From Glaucostegus cemiculus (taxonomy: Eukaryota): a DNA stretch of 64,000 bases. Positions 1-11,559 of this stretch are shown here, piece by piece. Below the pieces are notes generated by a model that was not told the DNA's origin, did no database searches, and was given only the letters and a program-made list of their open reading frames with translations. Every line of letters begins with the position of its first letter. The first letter of the stretch is position 1. Made by a program: the position numbers and the translations under genes. The stretch covers positions 7,812,001 through 7,876,000 of the forward strand of contig CDPCPM010000026.1 in NCBI GenBank assembly GCA_976551045.1. The letters run 5' to 3'.

Positions 1-643
1 ATAGCTAAATGTCTGTGGGTCAACTGAATCAGTTTTGAAGTATCTTGTTCCCAGTGTAACCAAGATAGAGCAAACAGCTTAAAGAAAACACAGTGTACAA
101 TACTTACTCAATAGATAACTATTTAAAAACATAAGCACAAATAAAATCAATGATAGAGGGAAGGGAATAAATTAAATTTGCCCATGGGAATCAACAGACT
201 GATGTACATGGAGTTAGCCAAAGAACTGTTGATAAAACAGTGAGCCAGGATCAGCAGAAAGAAAACTATTTTTAACTTCAGGAAATTGCTCTGATAAAAT
301 TAGGTATTCCCACTAAATGCATTATTGAAGATTCCATACCTGTATTTAAAAAAAACTACTTAAACATTCCAAATATACCAGTTAGACAAAGTTTTGAACT
401 CCTCTTAAAAGTTACCAGATTATTATAACTGAACAGCTGCCATCATGAATACTGAAAGATATTAACCATCAATAATCAACATCAATCACTTAATATACTA
501 ACCCATAGAAAATCTGTGCTGCTAATGAAATTGGCACAAAAGCAGGTTGTGTTTTTAGCTAGGTCTAAATGAGCAAGTAGCTTGACAAACTCTACAGTTG
601 AAATTGTGTAAGACACTATTTCATTTGGCATCTCCAGTCTCAC

Positions 644-847
644 CTTTGTTTCCGACCTCTGTGCTGACGTGGTGGTGGTTCTTCTTGGGGGTCCTTAAAA
701 ATATCACAGAAGATTGGCTTGCACTTCTTGAAGATGACAGCAGAAACGATAAAATTCCTCTCCAACTTCTCAGTACGTTCCCTGAGTTCTTGTGACAGGT
801 TTGCCATGTCTGCCCATTTTTGCATTTTATTGAAGAACTCTATCAAA
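644..847 (-). CDS. RBL2: RBL2 coding exon 3 (204 nt)
   Basis: Acceptor ttcag at 848-849, donor AG|gtgag at 643; encodes LIEFFNKMQKWADMANLSQELRERTEKLERNFIVSAVIFKKCKPIFCDIFKDPQEEPPPRQHRGRKQR; phase matches exon 2. Confidence 0.95.
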
Positions 848-1327
848 CTGAATCACCCCCACCCCAACAAAACAAAATTAGCAATTTCTGTGTATGATGC
901 AATGACATTAATTGTTTACAGTTACTCCATTAGGAGAGTTTCAGGTAAAGATGTTCTTTTATTAGTGGGACTGTGATCAGAAATGGGCCAATGGAGACTT
1001 CCATTTGCTTATTAGACCAAGTGTTAAATTGTTACCACATTTTTTTAAACCTGAGCTGCATTTTAAGCATTGTAGACAGGCTCTCAAATGGTAACTACTA
1101 TCTTGGTCATACATTGCAGAAATGGGCCCTTTGGCATACCAACCATAAAGTGCACATTCTGCAAATTCTATTATGTAGGCTTGCCATTGATTTTGGGGTG
1201 CTTGGTAACTTTAAAGCTAGGTACATCATACATTGAGAAAATTAATCCTTTGCTTTTGAGACAGATTTTAATCAGGACTAGTCTTAACCTAACCCTGTCT
1301 AGAACAATTGTTGGATATAATTCCTAC

Positions 1328-1458
1328 CTGAGTTCCGAACAGTGTAGGATCTTTCTTAAGGAGACACAATTCCCTTCTACAATTCCTCTTCCCACTGATG
1401 GAATAGCTTTTCTACATGCTACATACAAGGCACAGGCCAACCAATGAAGATCTTCTCC
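1328..1458 (-). CDS. RBL2: RBL2 coding exon 2 (131 nt)
   Basis: Acceptor tttgtttcag, donor AG|gtagg; encodes GEDLHWLACALYVACRKAIPSVGRGIVEGNCVSLRKILHCSEL. Confidence 0.96.
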
Positions 1459-2039
1459 CTGAAACAAAAATCTCCAAAATATGACTAACAAATAGATAAA
1501 ATTTAATAGAATACAAAAGCCACAATTGAATTGATGACTATCTTGTTCTGTTTGTTGAAAGGAGTTCTGTTCTTTCATTTTGTTTTCATTGAATATGTTT
1601 TTTTGCTACAGTTCAACAATCTGCAAAAATGATGTTTTTGGAAGCTCGAGTGGTTCGAAGATGCAGGGGTATGATTAATTTGAAGTGACCTGAATGTATA
1701 AAAGAGCCAGATTATTAGCCTCTGCTTAACTGAGGTGTTGAAGAAAAAAATCAGGAAGATCTAATGCAAAGGTCACTACATAGCACATTGCAGGAAGTGA
1801 ACATCAAACAGCTGTCTACAAGCAAAGCAGCAAGGTGTCAGCTAACAGTTCAGGCAGGTAGTATGATATGCTATCTAGCTAGTATGCACCTGTAAAAGAT
1901 GACAATTCCTTAAGGAGCTCAGCCAGAGCTAAGTCATTGGTGGATCATCTGTATGAGGTAGGAACATAAAGGACAGGAGAGATGATGGATTCAATAATTG
2001 CATGGGCAAAGGGATATTGCAGGACACTGCCCTTAGCTT

Positions 2040-2525
2040 CAAAATGCCTGTCACTTTTTAATCCTCTGTTCCACTTCTACTCAGACCTACATTTGGTCTC
2101 CTACACTGTTTCCAACAAAGTTCAACATAAGCTTGAGGAATAGCACCTCTCTCAACTTGGCACATTACATTCTTCAGCACTCAATATTAAATTTAAATAT
2201 TTCAGATAATCAGCTATTCCAATCTTGTATTTTTATTATTTCTCCTTCACATATACCACTGCATACACTGTTATGCACTTGGTTTTGCCATCCTCTGTCT
2301 GTCAATCTCCCCTTGCCCCACCTAGGACAGACTTTACCTCTTTTCCTACCCTCCCCCCCACACCCCCCACCTTGCTCTGCAACATTTAACTTGTTTCATT
2401 TCAAACTTTTCCTACTTCTGAAAGGTCATGAATGTCAAACCACACAGATTCTGTGTGGGTTCTTGAGTTTTCTCAGAATTCTGATTTTGTTTTGGATTTC
2501 CAAGATCTGTGGCATTTTGCATTGA
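2040..2525 (+). mobile_element. Degenerate Penelope-like element 3' fragment (end of GIY-YIG region and terminal repeat)
   Basis: aagcttgaggaatagcacctc...ttggcacattac...caatattaaatttaaatatttcagataa resembles the KLEEQHL..LGTLQP..LNIEFNNFR* end of PLE ORFs, followed by a pyrimidine-rich terminal region. Confidence 0.6.
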
Positions 2526-2539
2526 GCATGTTGCTTCCC

Positions 2540-3460
2540 AAGTGCCAGGTCAGGACATCACTGAGTCACTCGAAGATTCTGATGGAGGGTGTATAGTGAG
2601 AAGATATAGCCCATTTTGGTACCAATGACTTGGGTGGGAAGGAGGACTAAGGTCCTGCAAGCAAATTATAAGGAGTTGGGGATCAGATTTAGAAAGCAAG
2701 ACCTCAAAATGTAGTAAGCTTGGGTCTACTCCAAGTACCATATGCCAGTGAGTAAAAATAATGGATTGTGTGGATGTATCCATGACTGAAGAGTTGGAGC
2801 AGTGGGAAGAGCTTTAGGTCCCTGGTTATTGCAACTGCTGTGCAAGGCAGCTGGGCCTCAATTAGTACAGGGAAATTTGTCAGTAACATAGAGAAGGGGT
2901 TTTATCCAACTTGGCAAGGAGTTTCAATTGGAAAATACCAAAATTGGAATATGGAAGACTAAGGGTTTGTAACAGAGTTTGGAGGGTGGATTAGGGGAAA
3001 GACTAGGTAGAACATAATACAATATTGTGGTACTTGCTGAAATATGGCTTATAGAAAAACAGGAATGGTAGTTCAGCATTTCTGATTTATGGCATCTTCC
3101 TATGAGAATAAGAGGATAAAATGGGTGTAATATGGCGAAGGAAACAACTGTAGATGAGGAAGGATGAAATTATAAAGAAGAGGCTAGTTGGGTTGAATGG
3201 TCTCCCAAAAAGTCAAAAATGGAGCAAATCTGAATGCCTGAAGGAAAAGAATATTGGTAGAAGATTTCAACAAACCTAACTGTAACTTGGACAATAGCAA
3301 AATAAAAGATATAGAAGTAGCAGAGCTCTTAACATATTTAAGAATTTTCAGTCTAAAAAATCATACCCAACCAGTACTGAAAAGTTTAAATAAAGTAAGC
3401 AAATAAAGGTCAGCATTTAATGCAGCTATCAAAGCTCAGTTGGACTTGGCATAGTTGTGG
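2540..3460 (+). mobile_element. Degenerate CR1 LINE fragment (ORF1 end / endonuclease start)
   Basis: Decayed CR1-like ORF1 sequence (ttagaaagcaagacctcaaaatgtagta..ggtctactccaagtacca) and APE-like (a)etw motif region; many stops and frameshifts. Confidence 0.55.
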
Positions 3461-3559
3461 AAAGGAAAATTGTCTTGCACTCATCAGGATTAAATTCCAT
3501 CTGCCATTGCTCTGACATCTTACGAACTCTCATCATTCTGTAGCCTCTGATTGTTCTCA

Positions 3560-4750
3560 CACTACCATCAGACTTCTGTCCTTTGTTCTTATTGCGTATT
3601 TGGGCAATATAAAATCATGACAGTCTGCACATGTCTCTGAGAGGAACTGGATCTCCAAAGCTGTTTAATCCACCATCTATCCTTTAGGTCACTGGTTTGC
3701 CGTTGGACTTCTAGGTTCAGATGCTAACACAGCATTTTTTCCCCCCTTTGGGTATGGTAGTTTGTCTAAGAACGAATTGTCTGCAAATAATGTTCTCATC
3801 AAAGCAATCTTGCTGTTTTCTGGTGGAGAAGCAAAGATGCCAATTATGATGAATTACAGGGTAGTCCACATACTGTGATAACTTTACAGCTCCTGTTGAC
3901 TGCAGATCGTCCATTGCCTGTGAAGAGCTAACCTTAAAACCACAAATTGATTTCCTTTGCCATTGTTTTCAAGCCAGGCTACTGGAAATAACAGATGTTG
4001 TGTTGGTCAGACCAGTGATCATAATTATCCATCATGGTCTGGGATATGTGAACATCCTTGCAATGACTCACTTGAACTATGACAATTTAACAGGTGCTAG
4101 TGCCTAGATTGAGAACTGTTGTCATAAGCTCTTGCACTTGCCTCTCTGGCACAACAATGTTTATGACAAGATCATGTTCCAAGTATTTTATCGGAAGCAG
4201 AGACTTTGTTCTTTCCAGCCCTGATGCTGAAGCCTTATGGAGGATCTCTCCTGTCCCTGGGACACAGTTCATGTTTCTTCAAGGTCAGCAGAAGTCATCT
4301 TTAGCCTGGTTGATATATCCTAGGGTCTGTATGTGCTGATGCTAATAGAATGCTGGTTCCAGGTTAGTGAACCACATAATCACTAAATGTTCAATTAATC
4401 CCAAAGAGAATCTGAGATGCTAAACTAGCTTGCTCTTGACTGTTTGCCATTCCAGATGTCTTGCTTTTTAACCTGGTCATCTGCCCAGTATGCTGCCTCT
4501 AAAAGCAGTTATAGATCTCCGCATTTGAGCTTATACACTAGGATGGCCATGACATTCAGGTCAGTCTTGTTGTTATCCATGAGGGTCCTGAATTTTACAT
4601 TGTGGAGTGAGATTTGCTTTAAAGTAGTGTGACTGCTGCATACCAGCTTACTAGATGGACTTGACGGGGTAAAGATTTGATCTAGTGGCAAGGGACATTG
4701 GGTGCCTGAAGACCAGACTCTGCTGCATAGATATTAATTGGTATGCACAT
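3560..4750 (-). mobile_element. Degenerate RTE-clade LINE, 5' half (apurinic endonuclease)
   Basis: Minus-strand fragments NVKFRTLMDNN, KYLEHDLVIN and DCKDVHISQTMMDNYDHWSDQ follow the RTE/BovB-type APE order (WNVRTLMD..CLEHDLVITNT..DRKDVHITRAM..CWTDH). Confidence 0.65.
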
Positions 4751-7350
4751 GCAGAGATTTGCATGGTGCATGTGCACATACCATGAAAACACTTCCTTAA
4801 ACCCCCTTTCCCACCTCATCCCAAATCTCCTCTTGGTTCCATGTCACCTAACCTCCTCCCACTCTGACTCCTTCACCCTCTTGTGCCTTACTACCATGTT
4901 CCCTTCTGAAGGCATCCCATCCCTTCTGGCCCTCTGCTCCCTTTCCCCTTCCAAATATCTCCCCGCCTCCTTGGCCATCGCTCCAGACAAACTTTTTTCC
5001 CCAAAGGTTACTTTAAGAACAGCTTATTCAAAGAGGGGTCTTATTGATTAAAATATAGATTGGGGATGATTGGGTTGATTTGAGGGAAATTGATGGGGTA
5101 GATGAAGTTTCTGTTGGCCAGGGAAATGAGTTCAAAGGGTCATGGCTTTTAAAAAAAATTGCAAGTCTTTTTGGGACAGAAGGTGGAAAGCCTCTGTATT
5201 CAAATCCAGATCTTGTTTCTGGAAAAAAAATGTTAGGTCAAACACTAATGATATCAGAGTAAGATTAAGTCACATTTTAATTGAATGGCAAAGCAGACTC
5301 TAATGCACAGAATCTTATTATTTTAAATTCTACACCATCCTTTCTTTCCTAATTCCCCTGGTTGTAAAAGTATGCATAATTCCAAGTTTAAGTGATCTGG
5401 GTCACTGTCCATCTCTAGTCTGTGACTGCTCTCTTCATCAAGTGAAGATTTGGTAAATTTTCTCAATTTACAGTCAAAACTAATGCTTTGTGACTGGGTA
5501 ACAACACAGGAATCAGTTGCTAAGTGTCTGATCATGAGGTAGCCTTATCTGGCTCACCTTCCCTGCTGAGATGAGGACTCTTCAACTGGCGTTTTCCAGC
5601 TTAACTTCACTATTTCCAGGTGAGGGTCATTCTCAACAGTTCTTGGAATTGCAGGATCCTATTCTGGTCCATCCTATTCTGCTCCTCCGCATTAAGTAGT
5701 TTCCATGTGGTAGGTAATTACACCAGTTGAATTTCAACATGTCTTCCCTTAAAGTCAGCTACATCAGAGAGGCTGTCACATTGTAATTTCCTTTCAACTA
5801 AATACGAGGAAGACTGAAGCTATTTTTCTACTTGTCAAAAACTCCTTATCTGCCAATTTCTCTCTCTTCCATGAAACAGACTGCCTGTAACTTTGGTGTT
5901 ATTTCTGATCATGTATCTGCTTCGTGGATACAGACTACTTTTGCTTCCCAAAGAGCTGTCCATTTCCAGCTCCACCTCTATTCCTTTTAAGCTCTCGAGA
6001 CTTGCGCTTTCTCTACCCTCAATTATGAACTTTGCCCATTTTCCAACTCGCACTACGTCTTGTTTACTCTTCTCTGCTGTTCTTATTGAACTTCATTAGA
6101 CTCTCCTTGTTTCTAATCTTTCAACCTTTGTACTTCTATTCTTGGCATCATGCAAGGTTTTGATCAACATTCCTCCACCAGTTCTAGGCCCAAAGTTTCA
6201 ATTTTCTCTAGTTCCTTTACCATCACCCTACATTGCTCTGAACTTGGCAGTGAGAACTACTTTCTGCTTCCACTATCCTTTTCCTGTTACACTGCTTAAC
6301 ACCAAGTCTCTCTTGGCCTCCATTTTAGCTAGCCTACCTCTTACTCCAAGACTTTGCCCCTTAGCGTTGGACTCCTCAACCAAGGGAAACCTCCTCCCTG
6401 CAGGAATTGTAAGTTTTAATGAAATCTTCTCATTGAAGATGGATATCTTTCAGTCCAGAAATGGCAACTGCCCATTTTCCTCCATAGATGTTGCCTGATC
6501 TGCTGAGTTCCACCAGCATTTTGTATGTTGGATAGGACTGTACTTGTTGCATTCTTGTATCTAAATGTATTCTTAGAATTGTCAACAACAGCCTCCTATC
6601 CCACAAATCTGGTATCCCCAAGGATTTGGCTTTGACCCTTTCATTTACATGCTGTTTAGCAAAAACACAACACCCACATTACTGTAATGGAAAAGCAAGT
6701 GTCCCTTGGACAGTTCCCCCAGGCTCCAACATAAACAGGATGTGGATTGGTTGCGAAGGACATAACAAATGACTGAGCATTTCAGACCATTGGCAAAGCA
6801 GGAGTCAAATCGAGAGAGCTGAAGCAGCAACCATGTAGCTTAGTACAACTTTCCTTCCATGCCCTTAAAAGCAAATATTGTTAAATTGTTTATTGCTAAT
6901 ATTTGCAGCCTATTTAAAAGTGCTAGAAATGTGTCTGATCAGTCCACAATGTAGAACTGAGATGTCATGTTCTGAAGAGAATTATTTTTAAATAGGCTGA
7001 TCCCTACTATAAATTGTAGTCTCCTTATTTTTCTTAAGGAGTTGATCAACAGGAGACAATTGATAACGTAGTAAATTCTGGTGAGTTACTATTATCTGGA
7101 TAATGCAGTTGGATAACTTGACTTGAAGCATAAACCCGAGGCCATGTCTTGTTCTCATTGACACTGACATCCCTGTTTTTTTGGTTTGGGAAGGAAGAAT
7201 CCAATTCCATAAATTCTAATTCATCCAACTGCTATTTGCGAAACTTAGCAGCGTGCGATGTTACCCCCAAAAGGTGATAGTTTCCCCAGTAGTTGTATTG
7301 CACAGCTCTGGGATACCGCAAAGGATATTACATTTTCCCCCCAAATTATT

Positions 7351-7512
7351 GTATTGGTATTGGTTTATTGTTGCAACTTGTACCGGGGTACAGTGAAAAG
7401 CTTGTCTTACAAACCGATCGTACAGGGCAATTCATTACACAGTGCAGTTACATAGTTAGTACAAAGTGCATTGAAATAGTACAGTGAAAACAGTACAGAA
7501 TAAAGTGTCACT
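7351..7512 (-). mobile_element. Rex1/Babar LINE 3' end (young subfamily)
   Basis: gtattggtattggtttattgttg..gtacagtgaaaagcttgtcttacaaaccgatcgtacagg is the reverse complement of the copies at 9770-9960 and 37310-37645; AATAAA plus (ccaata)n tail. Confidence 0.75.
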
Positions 7513-8131
7513 GTATTATGCCACTGAAGCTCAAGGCACCGATTCAAACTGGCATAACATTACTCTGCTGTAACAGTGTGGTTTGATACAAGGCATGATC
7601 AACATTCTGCATGTTTTTCCGTGGAGTGTGGTGGAAGCAGAAACTCTGCGGTTCATTTGAGAAACTACTGGCTGCTGCGATGGGGTGAACTCCACTTCTG
7701 TGGCCCGGGGTTGGCCGGCCTTGCTCATTTGTATACATGAGTCACAGACCACAGCATAAACAACCGACACGTTCTTCCGCTGCTGCTGCTGGAGGAGCGA
7801 GTAAACACTTCTCCTCGCCACAAGCATCATTCGTTTGGCCGTGTGATCCGGAGCAAGGGCCCCGGCGACCCGGAGGCAGGCTGCTGCAGCTGGCACGGGC
7901 TCAGGGCGGTGGGGTGAGAGGCACGGCCGGTCGGCAGGCCTACTCCCTGCTCAGCGCCAGACACGCTCAGGCCCCTCGGGGAAAGCAGAACAAACATGGG
8001 CGGGAGGGAGGGAGGGAGGGAGGGGGGAGAGGGTTAGGTTTGTTATGCAACGTGCATCCTGGACGGTGCTGCAGCCGCGTTAGTGCCGACGGCTGCAGGC
8101 GGCCGGTGGGCAGGGCCCCAGCTGTCAGCCG

Positions 8132-8151
8132 TGTGTGTGTGTGTGTGTGTG
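8132..8151. repeat. (TG)n microsatellite at start of RBL2 intron 1
   Basis: tgtgtgtgtgtgtgtgtgtg about 40 nt into the intron. Confidence 0.9.
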
Positions 8152-8190
8152 GAGCCGCCGGCGACCTGTCAGCTCCGCTCAGCCACTCAC

Positions 8191-8352
8191 CTCCAGCGTG
8201 TAGTTCCTGCTGATGCTCTCGTAACTGGCCCAAGCCTCGCACCTCGCACCTTCGTCCATGTTCAGCTTCTGACACAGCTCTTCGAACCTCTGCTTGGTCC
8301 GGCGGCTGCCCTCGCCGCCCTCCTCTTCCTCCTCCTCCTCCTCGCTGTTCAT
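8191..8352 (-). CDS. RBL2: RBL2 coding exon 1
   Basis: ATG in good Kozak context (ggcaccATG) at 8352; donor GAG|gtgag at 8190; encodes MNSEEEEEEEEGGEGSRRTKQRFEELCQKLNMDEGARCEAWASYESISRNYTLE. An upstream in-frame ATG exists at 8409. Confidence 0.92.
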
Positions 8353-8961
8353 GGTGCCTGGGCCCCCGCTCCGGTGCCGTACGACAATCCCGGGGATGGC
8401 TGGCTTCATGCAGCGCCCGTGGGCCGCTCTGGAGGCATTTAAAAAGACGCTGATTGACAGCCGGGCCCGCGAATGGCACGACGCTCCGATCCCGTCCCCG
8501 ACGTTTCATTGGCCTGCCCTCGCCCATCGGAACACGCCCCCGTCGTGCTCTGGCTGTCTAGTGGCCAGCAGCCACGTCAATCACGGCTTTGTCTTCCGTC
8601 GCCACCCAATGGTGTGGTTCTTGTGGGTGAAACGACATAACCGAGTGTTGGAGAGTGAGGAAGGAGCCGGGGAGGCTGCTAAAGCTTGTGGTAACCGTGC
8701 AGAGCTGAGCCTTGCACCAACCCTCACTCTGCTTTGGTAAACGTCCTTCTCCCACGCTGAGAATAAACTTCCCAGCGGCTGTCACGGTGATCGCATACTC
8801 TAACCTTGAGAATGTTCCCCCGACGGAAGCTCTGACGTGCTGGATGTTTTCCTGTGTCTGGTCAGGGGTAGTTTGCACTGTTTTGGGTTCTACCGAGATG
8901 TTCTTGGAATTGAAACGCTCTCAGTGCGCACAATGCTGAAAACTTCATGAACTAATTAGGG

Positions 8962-9270
8962 TCATAGAGTAGTATAGCGCACCTTCGGCCCAATTGGCCT
9001 AAGCCGAGCAAGATTCCCATCTAAACTGGTCCCATTTGCCTGCGTTTGGCCCATGTTCCTCTCAACCTTTCCTATCCATGTACCTTTCCAAGCGCCTTTT
9101 TAAATGTTGTAATTGTACCTGTGTCAACCAGCTCATTCCATCCACTGACCTGTCCAGGTGAAAATATTGTCCCTGGGGTTCCTATTAAATCTCTCCCCTC
9201 TCACCTTAAACATATGCCCTCTAGTTCTTGATTCCCCAACCCTGGGGAAAAGATTGTGCACATTAAATTG
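8962..9270 (-). mobile_element. CR1 LINE 3' end
   Basis: Minus frame LFPRVGESRTRGHMFKVRGERF; CR1 3'UTR stem motif ttgggccgaagg. Confidence 0.75.
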
Positions 9271-9619
9271 GATAAGGGTATGACAAGTGAAATGTGGGGG
9301 GAAAGTGCTGTTATCCACTTTGCTCAAAACAGAAAAGGAGAGTATTTTTAAAATGAGATTTACAAATGTTGGTTGTCAAAGAGGCTGATCTTGCACGAGG
9401 CATTTTGGGAGGATTATAGTCGAGAATGTACACAGTTCAATGGTAGAAGACAGAATAGGAGCAACAAACATTCTGCTAGGGAAGACCTGAAACGTCAATA
9501 CTTCCTTCCCGCTGCCACAGATACTGCTCTGCCCACTGAGTTTCTCCAGTAGATTGTTGGTCCAAATTCCAGCATCTGCAGTCTCATGTCCACACTGAAG
9601 AATAAGACCTTGGTGTACA

Positions 9620-10610
9620 TGTCCAAGGATTTCCCAAGGCAGCAGCCTTAAGATGGTTAAGAAGGGAAGAGTAAGAAAGTGACAACAATATAAAAATTGG
9701 TTTGGTCATAGCTGGAGTACCAGTTCTGGTTACTACACTATCAGAAAGATCTGATTGCACTGGACAGCACCTTATTGCACTGCACTTTTTCTGCAGCTGT
9801 GACACTTTCATCTGTACTGTTGTTTTTACCCGTACTATCTCAATGCACTCTGTACTAACTCAATGTAACCACACTGTGTAATGAATTGACCTGTACAATT
9901 GGTATGCAAGACAAGTTTTTCACTGTATCTCGGTACAAGTGACAATAATATACCAATACAGGGTCCAGAGATTCACTAGGGTGTTGAATGGATGGAATAT
10001 TTCAGTTATGAGGAGAAACTGCATAGGTGAAATTTGTTTACTCTGGAGTGGCAAAGGCTGAATTGAGACATGACAGACATTTACAAAGTTGAGTGGGTTG
10101 GATGGTGAGAATTATTTTCTCTTAAGAAGAGTTTATAGCCAGATGACATTAGTTTATGATAAGGGATAGGAGATGGAGGGGATTCGAAGAATTTTGTTTC
10201 TCAGCCGGAAGGTGGTTGAAATTTGGATCACGCAGCTTGAAGGGGCAGTGGAGGTAGGTGTGGGTGGTGGGTTTACTGTATGATCAAGGACTGAGCAGAG
10301 AAAGCTTCAAAGATTGAGGAGATCTCATTAAGACTTGCAAATCCTGCAGGGAGGAGGTTTTCCCCGGTTGAGGTGTCCAAGACTAGGAGGCAAAGTCTTG
10401 GAATAAGATGTAGGCCATTTTGGACTGAAAAGAGGAGAAATTTCTTCACACAGAAGACAGTTCTTCAGTCCTGAGTGCTGTGACAGCTCGCCTTGATCGA
10501 TTTCAGGATATTGAGGACAGTCCATGTCATTGAGGTAGAAGGTCAGCCATGACCTCATTAATTGGCAGAGAAGGCTCAAAGGCCAAATGGCCTACTACTG
10601 CTTCTATTTC
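9620..10610 (+). mobile_element. Degenerate CR1 3' fragments interrupted by a Rex1 3' end
   Basis: ctggagtaccagttctggttactacacta..gggtccagagattcactagg..ttatgaggagaaactg; CR1 tail ggccaaatggcctactactgcttctatttctt near 10580-10610. Confidence 0.65.
9770..9960 (+). mobile_element. Rex1/Babar 3' end nested in CR1
   Basis: caccttattgcactgcac..aagtttttcactgtatctcggtacaagtgacaataatataccaatac; CR1 sequence resumes on both sides. Confidence 0.75.
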
Positions 10611-11159
10611 TTCTAGGTTGGTATCTCCATCAGCCTTGCCCAAAGCACTGCATTCATCCTACTGTGAGAGAGTCTCTTGTAGTTGTGCACCATCTGAGGC
10701 CAATCATTTTGAGCACCTTTCTTCTAAAAAGTGTCACAGATTGTGTGCCTCGAACACACCTATACCTGGATGCTAATCATGCCAACAAAATGTCAGATAA
10801 ATTAGATGTAGACAATATTGTTATAAGTGTTCTTCTTAACTGGGCAATAAGCGTTGCCGTACCCTGGCCTATGAGATCAACTTTGAGTTCCGTAGTTAGA
10901 GTTGTCATCTTAGGCCATCCCTCTGGATCAAAAACTACATCTTTCCAGACCAATTCTGAGGAGGCTGATGAATTCCAGTTGGGATCAATGGACTCTGCCA
11001 ACCACTTGCCTCATCTAGTGTAGAGAAATGATGGGCTTCTCCTACCAATGGACAAAGTGACTCTGGGTTTTCATTGCCTTCTGGGATGCTCCCTCCATTT
11101 TTGTTTTTTAGTGCACATGCCAGGGATTCTCATGTTGGTGCTACATTTATTTCTTCATG

Positions 11160-11510
11160 GAGACTTTGTAGACCTAGAGGAGGACTGAATTGGCGGCTAA
11201 ATGTTCCAGGATATAGAGGGGGAGCTGCATTTCTGATGAAGGAGAAGGTCATGGCAGTAGTCTGAGATAAAGTTACTAAGGGATCTTCCAGTGAGGCTTT
11301 ATGGGTGGAGCTGTGAAATAAGAAGCAGATGATCACCTTGTTGGGATTGTACAATAGGCCCCCTAACAGTCAATGGGAATTAGAGGAACAAATATGCGGG
11401 GAGATTGCAGAAGGTTGAAAGAATAATGGGGTTGTCATGGTAGGGGATTTTAACTTTTCTAATATAGACTTGGACTGCCATAGTACTAACTGGTTAGATT
11501 GGGTGGAATT
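11160..11510 (+). mobile_element. CR1 endonuclease fragment
   Basis: WRLNVPGYRGG, EALWVEL, gtcatggtaggggattttaacttttctaatatagact (V.VGDFNF.NID). Confidence 0.7.
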
Positions 11511-11559
11511 GTAGTTTCAGGTAGGTGGAGTTGTATCAGTACCTTGTTGGTACCCCATA

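Larger units (their letters stand above)
644..8352 (-). other. RBL2: RBL2 (retinoblastoma-like 2, p130) gene, coding exons 1-3; continues beyond left edge of window
   Basis: Three GT-AG exons join in frame to MNSEEEE..QRFEELCQKLNMDEGARCEAWASYESISRNYTLE|GEDLHWLACALYVACRK..SELS|LIEFFNKMQKWADMANL..RGRKQR, the p107/p130 N-terminus. The acidic N-terminus, the ...QHRGRKQR end and the position next to CHD9 favour RBL2 over RBL1. Confidence 0.93.
7680..8850. promoter_or_regulatory. CpG island / RBL2 promoter
   Basis: Sharp rise in GC and CpG content around exon 1. Motifs: TTTAAA 8438-8443, TGATTGACAG 8451-8460, CCCGCGAA 8466-8473, ATTGG 8508-8512, ACACGCCCC 8532-8540, CCACGTCA 8572-8579. Confidence 0.85.

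Noticed and set aside
7531-8940. Many overlapping 100-190 aa ORFs around 7.5-8.9 kb
   Set aside because: Expected stop-codon scarcity in a GC-rich CpG island; only the RBL2 exon 1 frame has recognisable homology.
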